Of a stretch of 64,000 bases of DNA, positions 29,688 through 40,087 are shown piece by piece; the stretch's first letter is position 1; the number at the start of each line of letters is the position of its first letter. The position numbers were made by a program, and so were the translations under genes. Under the pieces are notes generated by a model. It did no database searches and was not told the DNA's origin. It saw only the letters and a list, made by a program, of their open reading frames with translations. This DNA comes from a bacterium (GTDB lineage: Bacteria; UBA8248): positions 1,664,001 through 1,728,000 of the forward strand of contig OZ242260.1 of NCBI GenBank assembly GCA_965207065.1, read 5' to 3'.

Positions 29688-30875
29688 GTGCAGAATCATT
29701 CTTTACCCCTTTCCCGCTTCAAGGTCCTGGATCTCACCCGCGCGCGGGCCGGCCCCACGGCGGTTCGCCAGTTCGCGGACTGGGGGGCGGACGTCATCAA
29801 GATAGAAGCGCCCCCCGCGAGCGGTTTTTCGGACAACATGGCCCAACCCCGGGGCGGCTATGAGGCGCAGAACCTGCACCGCAACAAGAGAGGCATGACA
29901 CTTAACCTGCGCGAAGAAAAAGGCCGCGAGATATTCTTCCGCCTGGTGGAAGGCGCCGACGTCGTCATCGAAAACTACCGGCCCGACGTGAAGCACCGCC
30001 TGGGGGTGGATTACGAGGCGTGCCGAGCCGTGAACCCGCGCATCGTCTACGGGAGCATCTCCGGTTTCGGGCAGGAGGGGCCCTACCGCAAGCGGCCGGG
30101 GCTGGACATGACGGCCCAGGGGCTGAGCGGTCTCATGTCCGTCACGGGAAAGCCGGGGGGCGGTCCAATGCGGGTGGGCATTCCGCTCGCCGACCTCTCG
30201 GCGGGCTTCATGCTCGCGCAGGGGATTATGATCGCCCTGCTCGAGCGCGAAGTGTCGGGCGAGGGTCAATGGGTGCACACCTCGCTTCTCGAAGCCCAGA
30301 TTCAGATGATGGACTTTCAGGCCGCGAGATACCTTCTTTTTGAGGACGTGCCGACCCAGCAGGGGAATAACCACCCCACCTTTTTGCCGGCGGGCGTTTT
30401 CGAGACCGCGGACGGACAGATCATCATCCAGTCCGGCCCCCAGCATCTCTGGAAGCGCCTCGTACATGCTCTCGAAATGCCCGAACTCTTAGAGAATCCG
30501 GACTATGAGAGCGTACCCAGTCGATTCGAGAACAAAGAGGTCCTGCACGAGACTATCAATCAGCGTACGCAAACGAAGCCGGGTGCGGAATGGATCGACA
30601 TACTGAACGAGGCGGGAATCCCCTGCGGGCCCATTTACACGGTGGACAAGACGTTCGCCGACCCCCAGGTCAAGGGGCTGAACATGTCGCCCGAGGTCGA
30701 ACATCCCGAAAAAGGGCCCATTAAAATTGTGGGCCAGGCGGTGAAGCTCACGCGAACGCCGCAGAAAATGCGCAACTCGACGCCCGAGGTGGGCGAGCAT
30801 ACGGAAGAGATTTTGAATCAAATGGGCTACGATGCGGAAGCGATAAACCAATTGCGCGATGCGGGCATCGTCTGA
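29688..30875 (+). CDS. Family III (CaiB/BaiF) CoA-transferase
   Basis: VLDLTRARAGP, GADVIKIE, RNKR, ISGFGQEGP. GTG start after AGGAG; the track's longer start overlaps the tRNA. Confidence 0.93.
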   Translation: MQNHSLPLSRFKVLDLTRARAGPTAVRQFADWGADVIKIEAPPASGFSDNMAQPRGGYEAQNLHRNKRGMTLNLREEKGREIFFRLVEGADVVIENYRPDVKHRLGVDYEACRAVNPRIVYGSISGFGQEGPYRKRPGLDMTAQGLSGLMSVTGKPGGGPMRVGIPLADLSAGFMLAQGIMIALLEREVSGEGQWVHTSLLEAQIQMMDFQAARYLLFEDVPTQQGNNHPTFLPAGVFETADGQIIIQSGPQHLWKRLVHALEMPELLENPDYESVPSRFENKEVLHETINQRTQTKPGAEWIDILNEAGIPCGPIYTVDKTFADPQVKGLNMSPEVEHPEKGPIKIVGQAVKLTRTPQKMRNSTPEVGEHTEEILNQMGYDAEAINQLRDAGIV

Positions 30876-30907
30876 AAACTATCCTGCCCCCTCGGGGGGC
30901 GCAGCGT

Positions 30908-31714
30908 ATGGAGCATGGAATGCAGTTATCGACGGAGAAGATGGCTTTCGAGGTGGACGGCGGCATCGGCTGGATGATCTTCAACAACCCCGAGCGGAGG
31001 AACGCGCTCTCGCTCGAGATGTGGGGGGCCATCGCCGAGATACTGGGTTCTTACGAGGCGGACGACGACATCCGCGTCGTGGTGATGAAGGGCGCGGGCG
31101 ATAAGGCGTTCGTCTCGGGCGCGGACATCTCCCAGTTCGCCAAGAACAGGAGCAACGCCGAGCAGGCCGCCGAGTACACGCGGATTTCCGAGGAAGCCAA
31201 AGAGATCATGGTGGGGATGAAAAAGCCGCTGATCGCCATGATCCAGGGCTATTGCCTGGGCGGCGGGCTGGGCATCGCGCTGAACGCCGACATCCGGGTC
31301 GCGTCGGACGATTCGCAGTTCGGCATCCCCGCCGGGCGTCTGGGCATCGCCTATGGCTTCGACAACCTGAAGCAGCTCGTCGATTTGGTGGGACCCGCCA
31401 AGGCGAAGGAGATTCTCTTCACCGCCCGGCGCATTCAGGCGGCGAAGGCCCTCGAAATCGGGCTGTTGAATGAAGTCGTGCCGGTCGACGAGTTGGAGAA
31501 CTACGTGGTGGACATGGCCTCCACCATCGCGAACAACGCGCCGCTCTCGGTCAAGGCGTCCAAGCTCACCATCGGCGAGGTGGTGAAAGACGGCGCCGAC
31601 CGCGATCTGGAGATGGTCGCCAGAATCTCGAAAGAGTGTTTCGACAGCGCCGACTATAAGGAAGGCCGCACGGCGTTCATGGAGAAGAGAAAGCCCGTCT
31701 TCACGGGCAGATAG
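30908..31714 (+). CDS. Enoyl-CoA hydratase/isomerase (crotonase) family protein
   Basis: FVSGADI, GYCLGGG, EGRTAFMEKRKP. Confidence 0.92.
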   Translation: MEHGMQLSTEKMAFEVDGGIGWMIFNNPERRNALSLEMWGAIAEILGSYEADDDIRVVVMKGAGDKAFVSGADISQFAKNRSNAEQAAEYTRISEEAKEIMVGMKKPLIAMIQGYCLGGGLGIALNADIRVASDDSQFGIPAGRLGIAYGFDNLKQLVDLVGPAKAKEILFTARRIQAAKALEIGLLNEVVPVDELENYVVDMASTIANNAPLSVKASKLTIGEVVKDGADRDLEMVARISKECFDSADYKEGRTAFMEKRKPVFTGR

Positions 31715-31736
31715 AGGGCCGGTCCGGGAGAATCCG

Positions 31737-32342
31737 ATGAATGATGAGATATTCACCGAGGTCATCTCCCCCGCCGGTATTCCCAGGATACCGGATGAGG
31801 CCTTAAAGCCCAGACCGGAGGCGCTGGAAGGCGCGGTTCTCGGGATTTTGGAGAACAACAAGGAATTCTCCGACTGGGTGCTGGACAGGGTGCTTGAGAG
31901 GCTTCGAGCCTCGTTCGGCATCAAGGAGGTCGTCCAGCGCAGGAAGCATCACCTCGCCCAGGCGGCATCCCCTGAAATTATCGAGGAGTTGCACGCGCGC
32001 TGCGACGCCGTTCTGGTCGGCGTGGGGCACTGAGGCTCTTCCACGTCGTGGAGTGTCCGCGACGCGGTGGAACTCGAGAGGTTGGGAAGCCCCGCCTGCG
32101 TCATCGTGAGCCGGGGGTTCAGCCACAGCGGGCGCGCGATAGCGAGGAGGCAGGGCTACGGCGGCCTGCCCATCGTCGAGATGGACCACCCGCTCGCCGC
32201 TCCCGAGAGAGTAGCCCTTCACCCCAAGGCGGACGCCATCGTGAATGAGGTCGTCCACGCGCTCACGGGCGACCCGGAAAGACTCCGGGCCGAATACGCG
32301 GAGAAGAAGTTCCGGGGTCCTGAGAATCTTTGCCCGAAATAG
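31737..32342 (+). CDS. UGSC-family selenoprotein with U-G-S-S motif (TGA 32031-32033 read as Sec)
   Basis: Track ORFs 31737-32033 and 32067-32342 are in frame. Readthrough gives CDAVLVGVGH-U-GSSTSWSVRDAVELERLG..HPL, followed by a strong hairpin. Confidence 0.85.
32039..32072 (+). promoter_or_regulatory. Putative bacterial SECIS element
   Basis: Lower stem TTCCAC/GTGGAA, upper stem GTCGTGGA/TCCGCGAC, and loop GTG about 20 nt after the TGA. Confidence 0.72.
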
Positions 32343-32354
32343 GGGAGGCGGAAT

Positions 32355-33428
32355 TTGGCCGTGAACGTCGAAAACCCCTCTCTTGAGGCGGGCCGGCGGG
32401 TTTTGCCGGTCACAGGCTCCCTCGATGAGGTGAACGCATATTTCTACGAGCGCGGCTGGACGGACGGGCTGCCCATCGTCCCGCCCACGCGCGAGCGCGT
32501 GGAAAGCCTGCTCACCGGCTGGCCGGGAGAGGCGGATGAGGAAATCGCCGAGGTTCCTCCCCTCATGGGAATGGCGACGGTCCGCGCAATCGCGGTGAAC
32601 GCCGTGATGGCCGGCTGCGCGCCCGAATACCTGTCCGTCGTCGTCGCTGCCGTCACCGCAATCACCAGGCCGCGCTATGGACTCAGCCACCGCCAGACGA
32701 CCACGCACCCCGCCACCGCGCTCATTATCGTGAACGGCCCTATTGCGAGGCGTCTCAAAATCAACTCGGGCTCCGGCCTTTTCGGCCCCGGCTGGCGGGC
32801 GAACGCGACGATTGGTCGCGCGCTCAGGCTTTGCCTCATCAATTTGGGAGGGGCGATTCCCGGCGAGGTGGACCGCGCCCAGCACGCGCATCCGGGAAAA
32901 TACACCTACTGCATCGCCGAGAACGATGGCGCGAACCCCTGGGAGCCTTATCACGTCGAGCGCGGTTTTGAGCCGGATGAGAGCACGGTGACGCTCACCT
33001 GCGGCGAGGCGCCCCACTGCATCACGGACAACTACAACACCGAGCCCCACGCGCTGCTCTTCGGCTACGCGGACTCGATGGCGACCCTGGGCGGGAACAA
33101 CCTCTCCTCCCAGGGAGAGCCCGTCCTCGTCATGGCGCCCGAGCACGCCGCCTATATCGCGCGGGCGGGCTGGAGCAAAGCGGACGCGAAGCGCTATCTG
33201 TTCGAGAAGGCGCGAAAGCCCTGGAAGCACGTGGGCGTCCGGGGAAAATCGAAAGGCCCCACCTTTCCCGTCTGGGTCGACAGGACGGACCCCGAAGCCT
33301 CCGTGCCCATCCTCACCCACGCGGACGCCCTCATCCTCATCGTAGGCGGCGGCGAGGGCCAGAAATCCATGTGGATTCCCACCCCTGGCGCGCAGACGCT
33401 GAGCGTCATCGAGAGAATCAGAGGGTAG
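32355..33428 (+). CDS. Uncharacterised protein of the 'TDGLPIVPPT' family (usual neighbour of UGSC proteins)
   Basis: GWTDGLPIVPPT, AVNAVMAGC.PEY, RANATIGRALRL; GGAGG RBS. Confidence 0.85.
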   Translation: MAVNVENPSLEAGRRVLPVTGSLDEVNAYFYERGWTDGLPIVPPTRERVESLLTGWPGEADEEIAEVPPLMGMATVRAIAVNAVMAGCAPEYLSVVVAAVTAITRPRYGLSHRQTTTHPATALIIVNGPIARRLKINSGSGLFGPGWRANATIGRALRLCLINLGGAIPGEVDRAQHAHPGKYTYCIAENDGANPWEPYHVERGFEPDESTVTLTCGEAPHCITDNYNTEPHALLFGYADSMATLGGNNLSSQGEPVLVMAPEHAAYIARAGWSKADAKRYLFEKARKPWKHVGVRGKSKGPTFPVWVDRTDPEASVPILTHADALILIVGGGEGQKSMWIPTPGAQTLSVIERIRG

Positions 33429-33512
33429 GGACACTCGATTGTATCCCTATCGCTTCGCTAGTAGGCTTGGGTGGATGTCATTTAGGTAACGACGTTAATT
33501 GCATTTTGCCGC

Positions 33513-33541
33513 TTGCCTTAATGTATCTCTCAGGATACAAT
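33513..33541 (+). promoter_or_regulatory. Toxin-antitoxin promoter with overlapping operator palindrome
   Basis: TTGCCT-17 nt-TACAAT; TGTATC-N6-GATACA at 33522-33539. Confidence 0.7.
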
Positions 33542-33547
33542 TAAGTG

Positions 33548-33838
33548 ATGATCGAGGTTCGTCAAACCGATCAATATGCCCGATGGTTCGAGAGGCTTCG
33601 GGATAAGCGGGCAAAGGCGCGCATCAATACCCGCATCAGACGGTTGTCTTTGGGGAACCCTGGTGACGTGCGGGCTGTCGGGCATGGTGTATCGGAACTT
33701 CGGATAGACTACGGGCCCGGCTATCGCGTTTACTTTGTACAGCAAGGGCAATCCTTGGTGTTGTTGCTGGCCGGGGGAGATAAAAGTACTCAGGCTCGGG
33801 ATATCCTAAGAGCGCGGAATTTAGCGCAAGAGCTATAG
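33548..33838 (+). CDS. RelE/ParE-family toxin (addiction module killer)
   Basis: RIRRLSLGNPGD, VSELRIDYGPGYRVY, LLAGGDKSTQ. Confidence 0.92.
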   Translation: MIEVRQTDQYARWFERLRDKRAKARINTRIRRLSLGNPGDVRAVGHGVSELRIDYGPGYRVYFVQQGQSLVLLLAGGDKSTQARDILRARNLAQEL

Positions 33839-33847
33839 GAGTTTGTG

Positions 33848-34132
33848 ATGACGAATACAAGGATCAAGCCGTGGGATGCGGCGGATAATCTAAATACCAA
33901 AGAGGATATCGTTCTATACCTCGAGGCGGCTTTCGAGGATGGCGACCCGGCGCTCATCGCGGCGGCACTGGGGGACGCCGCGAGAGCCAGGGGAATGACG
34001 AAAGTCGCCGCCGAAGCCGGCCTGGGCAGGGAGAGCCTCTACAAGGCGCTATCGCCCGGCGGGAATCCCGGGTTCGCCACCGTACTCAAGGTCATGCGCG
34101 CCCTGGGTCTTCGGCTTCGCCCATCCGCTTGA
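33848..34132 (+). CDS. Addiction module antidote, HTH antitoxin
   Basis: ALGDAARARGM, GLGRESLYKALS..GNP.FATVLKV. Confidence 0.92.
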   Translation: MTNTRIKPWDAADNLNTKEDIVLYLEAAFEDGDPALIAAALGDAARARGMTKVAAEAGLGRESLYKALSPGGNPGFATVLKVMRALGLRLRPSA

Positions 34133-34383
34133 GTTCACGGCAAAGTTGCTTGATGTCCCGGTGACAGTTACGAAAGAGTACCAACCAGACATATTTCCCT
34201 GCTGATTCTGAAAATTCTGCATCTTTATCTGCAGGCTCAGAAAAATTCATCTGCAGTCCAGAAAAAAAGGTTGTGAGAGCATCCCCATCATGCTATTTTT
34301 TTCATTCCACACTAGACTTATTTTCAGAGGACGTTTCTTCAATTTCTTGATGCCCGCGAGGGCCCACGAGGGAGACAATTGTG

Positions 34384-35409
34384 ATGAAAAAACACCTGTT
34401 CACCGTAGTTTGCGCGTTTGCCGCCGTTGCGGTAATCGCAAGCGCCGCGTTCGCCGCCAGCTCGACGCTGGAGACCGTGAAAAAGCGCGGCAATCTCATC
34501 TGCGGCGTGAACACCGGCCTGACGGGATTCTCCGCGCCCGACGACAAGGGCGTCTGGAGAGGTTTCGACGTCGATTACTGCCGCGGCATCAGCGCAGCGA
34601 TTTTCGGCAATCCCGACAAGGTGACCTACAAGCCGCTGACCGGCAAGACGCGCTTCCCGGCGCTCCAATCCGGTGAGATCGACGTCCTCTCGCGCAACAC
34701 GACCTGGACCTTCAAGCGCGACGTGAACCTGGGCTTAGAGTTCGTGGGCGTGTTGTATTACGACGGGCAGGGCTTCATCGCCCGCAAGTCCCTCGGCGTC
34801 AAGAGCGCCAAGGAACTCGGCGGCGCTTCGATCTGCATCCAGACGGGCACCACGACCGAGCTCAACCTGGCGGACTTTTTCCGCAGCAACAAGATGAAGT
34901 TCAAATCGGTCGTCGTCGAGGACGCGGCCGAGGCGCGCCAGAACTACGCCGCCAACCGCTGCGACGCCTACACGACGGACCGCTCCGGCCTGGCCGCCCA
35001 GCGCTCCGTGCTCAAGAACCCGGCGGACCACGTGATTCTGCCCGAAATCATCTCGAAGGAGCCGCTCGGCCCCGTCGTGCGTCATGGTGACAACGTGTGG
35101 GGCGACATCGCCCGCTGGGTGCGCAACGCGCTCATCGTCGCCGAGGAACTCGGCATCACCTCCAAGAATGTCGACGCCATGAAGAAATCGAGCAACCCCG
35201 AGATCAAGCGCATGCTCGGCCAGGAAGGCGATTTCGGCAGCATGCTCGGCCTCCCGAAAGACTGGGCCTACAACGTCATCAAGGGCGTAGGCAACTATTC
35301 CGAGATCTACGAGCGCCACATCGGCCCCAAGACGGCCGTTGGCCTTGCGCGCGGCTACAACCAGCTCTGGACGAAGGGCGGCATTCTCTACTCGCCTCCA
35401 TTCCGCTAA
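34384..35409 (+). CDS. aapJ: General L-amino acid ABC substrate-binding protein
   Basis: GFDVDYCR, LSRNTTWT, IISKEPLGP, YSPPFR. Confidence 0.93.
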   Translation: MKKHLFTVVCAFAAVAVIASAAFAASSTLETVKKRGNLICGVNTGLTGFSAPDDKGVWRGFDVDYCRGISAAIFGNPDKVTYKPLTGKTRFPALQSGEIDVLSRNTTWTFKRDVNLGLEFVGVLYYDGQGFIARKSLGVKSAKELGGASICIQTGTTTELNLADFFRSNKMKFKSVVVEDAAEARQNYAANRCDAYTTDRSGLAAQRSVLKNPADHVILPEIISKEPLGPVVRHGDNVWGDIARWVRNALIVAEELGITSKNVDAMKKSSNPEIKRMLGQEGDFGSMLGLPKDWAYNVIKGVGNYSEIYERHIGPKTAVGLARGYNQLWTKGGILYSPPFR

Positions 35410-35525
35410 GCCGACTGAACGTGTAAGATAAGACCGTACCGGCTCCGGGGATTTCCCCGGGGCCGGGCGGCGCGTTCTCGAAGCAAAGATACCGCGCAGG
35501 CGAAGTCGCACACCGGGGACTCGAT

Positions 35526-36725
35526 ATGGCGGTAGACTCTCAACAAGCAGGCGCGCGGCCAAGCGCCGCCCGCTGGTGGTATGACCCCAAAGTCCGGGCG
35601 ATCGCGTTCCAGGTCGCCTTCGTACTGGCGCTCATCGGCCTCGGCGTCTACCTGATCCACAACACGATCATCAATCTCGAGAAACGAAACATCAAGGCGG
35701 GGTTCGATTTTCTCAATAACCCGGCAGGCTTCGAGATTCCGCTCACGCTCATCCCCTACTCCGTCGAGGCGGGCTCGACCCACGGTTCGGTATTCATCGT
35801 CGGTCTGCTCAACACGCTCCTCATCTCGGTCCTGGGCATCGTGCTGGCGACGATTCTGGGCTTTATTCTCGGCGTGCTCAGGCTCTCGAACAACTGGCTG
35901 GTCTCGAAACTGGTAGGGGTTTATATCGAGTCGGTGCGCAACGTGCCGCTGCTGCTGCAATTTTTGTTCTGGCACTTCGCCGTCTTTCAGTCGCTTCCCC
36001 TGGTGCGCCAGGCCATACCGCCGTTCGGAACGATCTTTATCCACAACCGCGGCCTCACGATCCCGAAGCCGCTCCCCCAGCCGGGCTTCATGGTGGTCGT
36101 GATATCGGTCTTCGTCGCCATCGCGGCGATTATCTATCTCAAGAAATGGGCGCGCAGGCGTCAGGACGCGACAGGAGAGCAGTTCCCCGTCTTCTGGGCG
36201 TCGCTCGGCGTCCTCATCGGCGCGCCGCTGCTCGCCTCGGCTGCGACCGGTTTTCCGCTGGCCTGGGAATACGCCGAACTGGGCCGGTTCCGCTTCACGG
36301 GCGGCCTCGAAATCCAGATAGAGTTGTTCGCTTCGCTGACCGCGCTCACTGTCTACACGTCTTCGTTCATCGCCGAAATCGTCCGCGCCGGCATTCTCGC
36401 CGTCTCGCGCGGCCAGCAGGAGGCCGCCTATTCGCTGGGGGTGCGGCCGGGGCCGACTTTGAGGCTCGTCATCATTCCCCAGGCGCTCCGGGTCATCGTG
36501 CCGCCGCTGGTGAGCCAATACCTGAACCTGACCAAGAACTCATCCCTCGGCATCGCCATCGGCTATCCCGATCTGTTCAACGTCTTCGGCGGCATCTCGC
36601 TCAACCAGACCGGCCAGGCCATCGAAATTATCTTTATGTGCGTGGTGGTGTATCTCACCTTCAGCCTGCTGATATCGCTCTACATGAACTGGTACAACAG
36701 GCGCATATCGCTGGTGGAGAGATGA
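35526..36725 (+). CDS. aapQ: General L-amino acid ABC permease
   Basis: RNVPLLLQ, QYLNLTKNSSL, NQTGQAIE. Confidence 0.93.
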   Translation: MAVDSQQAGARPSAARWWYDPKVRAIAFQVAFVLALIGLGVYLIHNTIINLEKRNIKAGFDFLNNPAGFEIPLTLIPYSVEAGSTHGSVFIVGLLNTLLISVLGIVLATILGFILGVLRLSNNWLVSKLVGVYIESVRNVPLLLQFLFWHFAVFQSLPLVRQAIPPFGTIFIHNRGLTIPKPLPQPGFMVVVISVFVAIAAIIYLKKWARRRQDATGEQFPVFWASLGVLIGAPLLASAATGFPLAWEYAELGRFRFTGGLEIQIELFASLTALTVYTSSFIAEIVRAGILAVSRGQQEAAYSLGVRPGPTLRLVIIPQALRVIVPPLVSQYLNLTKNSSLGIAIGYPDLFNVFGGISLNQTGQAIEIIFMCVVVYLTFSLLISLYMNWYNRRISLVER

Positions 36726-36729
36726 GGCC

Positions 36730-37860
36730 ATGAGCGATATTGCGAACAATCCGGACAGGAGCTTCGTCCGCACGGAAAATATCCCCGAGGCGCCGCCGCC
36801 GGTCTCGACCGCGGGCGTAGCCGGCTGGATGCGGGCGAACCTGTTCTCTTCGCCGGCCAATACGGCGCTCACGTTGCTGACGCTCTATCTCCTCTATCTG
36901 ATCGTGCCGCCGCTGTTCGAGTGGGCCTTCATCAACTCGCTCCTGGAGGGTGAGTCCAACAAGGACTGCCGGGGGATCGAGGGCGCCTGCTGGGTTCTGG
37001 TGCCGAAACGATTCGGGCAGTACATCTACGGCTTCTACCCTGAGCCCGAGCGCTGGCGGGTGAACCTCACCTTCATCCTGTTCTGCCTGAACCTCCTGCC
37101 GGTGCTGTCCGACAGGGTGCCGGGCCGCACCTTCTCCGCGCTTTTCCTGGTATTCGGTTTCCCCATCGTCGCCTTCGTTCTGCTCCACGGCGCCTTCGGC
37201 CTGGAGAGCGTGCCGACGCACAAGTGGGGCGGCCTGACGCTCACCCTCGTGTTCGCCTCGGTCGCCATCCTGTTCTCATTGCCCATCGGCGTTCTGCTGG
37301 CGCTCGGGCGGCGCTCGGAGATGCCCGTCATCCGCACGATCTGCATCGCCTTCATCGAGCTCTGGCGCTCGGTGCCGCTCATCACCGTGCTCTTCATGGC
37401 CTCATTCATGCTGCCGCTGTTCACGCCCGAGGGGGTGAACGCCAACGAACTGCTGCGCGCCCTGATAGGGTTCATCATGTTCGCCTCCGCCTATATGGCG
37501 GAAGTCGTGCGCGGCGGGCTGCAGGCGCTGCCGAAGGGCCAGACCGAGGCGGCCATGGCGCTGGGCCTGAACTACTGGAAGTCGATGCAGCTCATCATCC
37601 TGCCCCAGGCGCTCAAAATCGTGATTCCGGGCATCGTCAACACCTTCATCGCCCTGTTCAAGGATACCGCGCTGGTATCGATCATCGGGCTGTTCGACCT
37701 GCTGCTCGTGGCCCGCTCGGCCGTGACGGACCCCAAATGGCTGGGCCTCGAACATGAATCCTACATCTTCGCGGCTCTCATCTATTTCATATTCTGCTTC
37801 AGCATGTCGCGCTACAGCCTGTGGCTTGAGCGCAAGCTCGACACGGGCCACCGTAATTAA
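36730..37860 (+). CDS. aapM: General L-amino acid ABC permease
   Basis: [28 protein letters not shown]. Confidence 0.93.
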   Translation: MSDIANNPDRSFVRTENIPEAPPPVSTAGVAGWMRANLFSSPANTALTLLTLYLLYLIVPPLFEWAFINSLLEGESNKDCRGIEGACWVLVPKRFGQYIYGFYPEPERWRVNLTFILFCLNLLPVLSDRVPGRTFSALFLVFGFPIVAFVLLHGAFGLESVPTHKWGGLTLTLVFASVAILFSLPIGVLLALGRRSEMPVIRTICIAFIELWRSVPLITVLFMASFMLPLFTPEGVNANELLRALIGFIMFASAYMAEVVRGGLQALPKGQTEAAMALGLNYWKSMQLIILPQALKIVIPGIVNTFIALFKDTALVSIIGLFDLLLVARSAVTDPKWLGLEHESYIFAALIYFIFCFSMSRYSLWLERKLDTGHRN

Positions 37861-37877
37861 GCGGGAGGAAACGACTC

Positions 37878-38666
37878 ATGAGTGAAAACGCGGGCGAAGC
37901 CGGGGCGGTAAATACGGAAACCCTCTCGAACGAGCCGATTATCCGCATCGAGGGCATGAACAAGTGGTTCGGCCAGTTCCACGTCCTGCGCGACATCGAC
38001 CTCACCGTCTACCGGGGCGAGCGCATCGTCATCTGCGGGCCCTCGGGTTCGGGCAAATCGACTCTCATCCGCTGCATCAACCGCCTGGAAGAACACCAGA
38101 AAGGCGCTATCGTGGTCCAAGGCATCGAGTTGACCGGGGACTTGAAGCAAATCGACAACGTGCGCCGGGAAGTCGGTATGCTGTTCCAGCAGTTCAACCT
38201 TTTTCCGCACCTGACGGTGCTCGAGAACTGCACCCTGGCGCCCATCTGGGTGCGCAAGACGCCCAGGGCCGAGGCGGAAGAACTCGCGATGGAATACCTG
38301 ACGCGCGTCAAGATTCCCGAGCAGGCCCTGAAATACCCAGGCCAGCTATCGGGCGGCCAGCAGCAGCGCGTGGCCATTGCGCGCTCATTGTGCATGCGGC
38401 CCAAAATTATGCTGTTCGACGAGCCGACATCCGCGCTGGACCCAGAGATGATAAAAGAAGTGCTCGACGTGATGGTCGAACTCGCCGAGACCGAGATGAC
38501 GATGCTCGTCGTGACGCACGAGATGGGCTTCGCGCGCCAGGTCGCCCACCGGGTGATCTTCATGGACGAGGGGCAGATCATCGAGCAGAACGAACCCGAA
38601 GAATTCTTCTACCGCCCCCAATCGGACCGCACGAAACTCTTCCTGAGCCAGATACTTTCGCATTAG
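37878..38666 (+). CDS. aapP: General L-amino acid ABC ATPase
   Basis: [25 protein letters not shown]. Confidence 0.93.
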   Translation: MSENAGEAGAVNTETLSNEPIIRIEGMNKWFGQFHVLRDIDLTVYRGERIVICGPSGSGKSTLIRCINRLEEHQKGAIVVQGIELTGDLKQIDNVRREVGMLFQQFNLFPHLTVLENCTLAPIWVRKTPRAEAEELAMEYLTRVKIPEQALKYPGQLSGGQQQRVAIARSLCMRPKIMLFDEPTSALDPEMIKEVLDVMVELAETEMTMLVVTHEMGFARQVAHRVIFMDEGQIIEQNEPEEFFYRPQSDRTKLFLSQILSH

Positions 38667-39040
38667 GGGGGCGGGAGACAGACTCCTGGCGTGATCGGCC
38701 CCAAACGTCAAGCGTTCTTGTTCCGTCTCCACGACACTGCTTGTTTCTCCATGCGGGCGCAAGAATAGCTCATGAAATTTTCTTTAGCCTTACCGTTTTG
38801 CCCTGTCCTGCGGGCGGGGGAAACCGCCCCAGTCCCGACGAAATTCCCAATCTTGCGCTTCATTGACAATTTAGGTAGCATTTCTCATCTTATAAGCTCT
38901 CTTCTTATTGACTAAAGTATATTTGAATATCTGGAGAACGGCGTTACGCGACCGCGTTGATCCCGTCTCCAGGTTGTGGGGTGAGTGCATACTTAAGGGT
39001 ATTTACTCACCAAAACGTAGTCAAAAGGGGGGCTTGCGAT

Positions 39041-40087
39041 ATGAAATGCGCGTGGAAACGATTCAAATATTTCATGCTCGTTGCGGTTGTAGCGGTCTGG
39101 ACCTTTGGCTCGGGCGCCGGCGTCTCGGAAGCGGGCAAGCACAAACTAGTGGTGGGCTCGGGCGGCGGCAACATCGGGGCGCCCATCCACGTCGCCAAGA
39201 CGAAGGGCTACTTCGCGCAAGAGGACCTTGTGATCGAACACAAGATATTCTCCTCCGGCGCGGCCATGGTTGAGGCGCTCGCGGCAGGCGGAGTCGAACT
39301 GGGACACTCGGGGGATTTGCCGTTTGTCTCGCTGGCTGCCGCCAACGTGCCCGCCTGCATCATCGCCCAGAACGGGCAGGACAAGGATTACCTCGAGATT
39401 TTTGTCGGCAAGGACCTGGGCATGACGAAGCCTACCGACTTCTACGGGAAAAAGATCGGGTTGCGGTTTGCATCTGCGGCCCACATTCTGTGGATCAATT
39501 TTCTTCAAAAATACAGCCTGGACGCCAAAAAGATCCGGGTGGTGAATCTGACGCCGAACGATCTCATCGCCGCTTACAAGAACAAGGACGTGGACGGCGG
39601 GGTGGTTTGGTATCCGCATCTGACGACCGCGGAAAAGGTCCGGCCGACGCATTTTGCGCATTCCCAGTTGCTCAACAAGTTCAGCAAAATGGCGAAGCCC
39701 GCCAACATCCACCTTTCCTTCACCCTCATCAGCGCGCGGAAAGCGGCCCTGAAAAACAAGCCGGACGCCATGAGGGCGTATATGCGCGCGATGTTGAAGT
39801 CCTACCGGTTCATGAACGATTCGGGAAATCGCGCAGAGTTTCTCGGTATCCTGGGCAAGGCATACAAGATGTCCGCTCCCGCGATGAAACCCATTCTTGA
39901 CAACACTTTTTACAGGCTTGAAATTACGGATGAGATGGTGAACGCCGAGCAGGCGGTGGCCGATAATATGAAAAGGGTCGGCAGGAAGCTCAAAAGAACG
40001 CCGAACATGAAAGAATTCGTCTATACGGATCTCCTGAAGTCGGTCGCGAAGGACCTGGCGAAGACCGAAGGGGCCTGCAAGCTTTAG
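39041..40087 (+). CDS. NitT/TauT/SsuA-type ABC substrate-binding protein
   Basis: Signal peptide, KGYFAQEDL, FSSGAAMVEAL; operon context. Confidence 0.88.
   Translation: MKCAWKRFKYFMLVAVVAVWTFGSGAGVSEAGKHKLVVGSGGGNIGAPIHVAKTKGYFAQEDLVIEHKIFSSGAAMVEALAAGGVELGHSGDLPFVSLAAANVPACIIAQNGQDKDYLEIFVGKDLGMTKPTDFYGKKIGLRFASAAHILWINFLQKYSLDAKKIRVVNLTPNDLIAAYKNKDVDGGVVWYPHLTTAEKVRPTHFAHSQLLNKFSKMAKPANIHLSFTLISARKAALKNKPDAMRAYMRAMLKSYRFMNDSGNRAEFLGILGKAYKMSAPAMKPILDNTFYRLEITDEMVNAEQAVADNMKRVGRKLKRTPNMKEFVYTDLLKSVAKDLAKTEGACKL

Noticed and set aside
31803-33434. Long antisense ORFs (also 54776-56479, 40098-41687, 51798-53195)
   Set aside because: They are antisense shadows of well-supported genes, have no recognisable motifs, and are expected at high GC.
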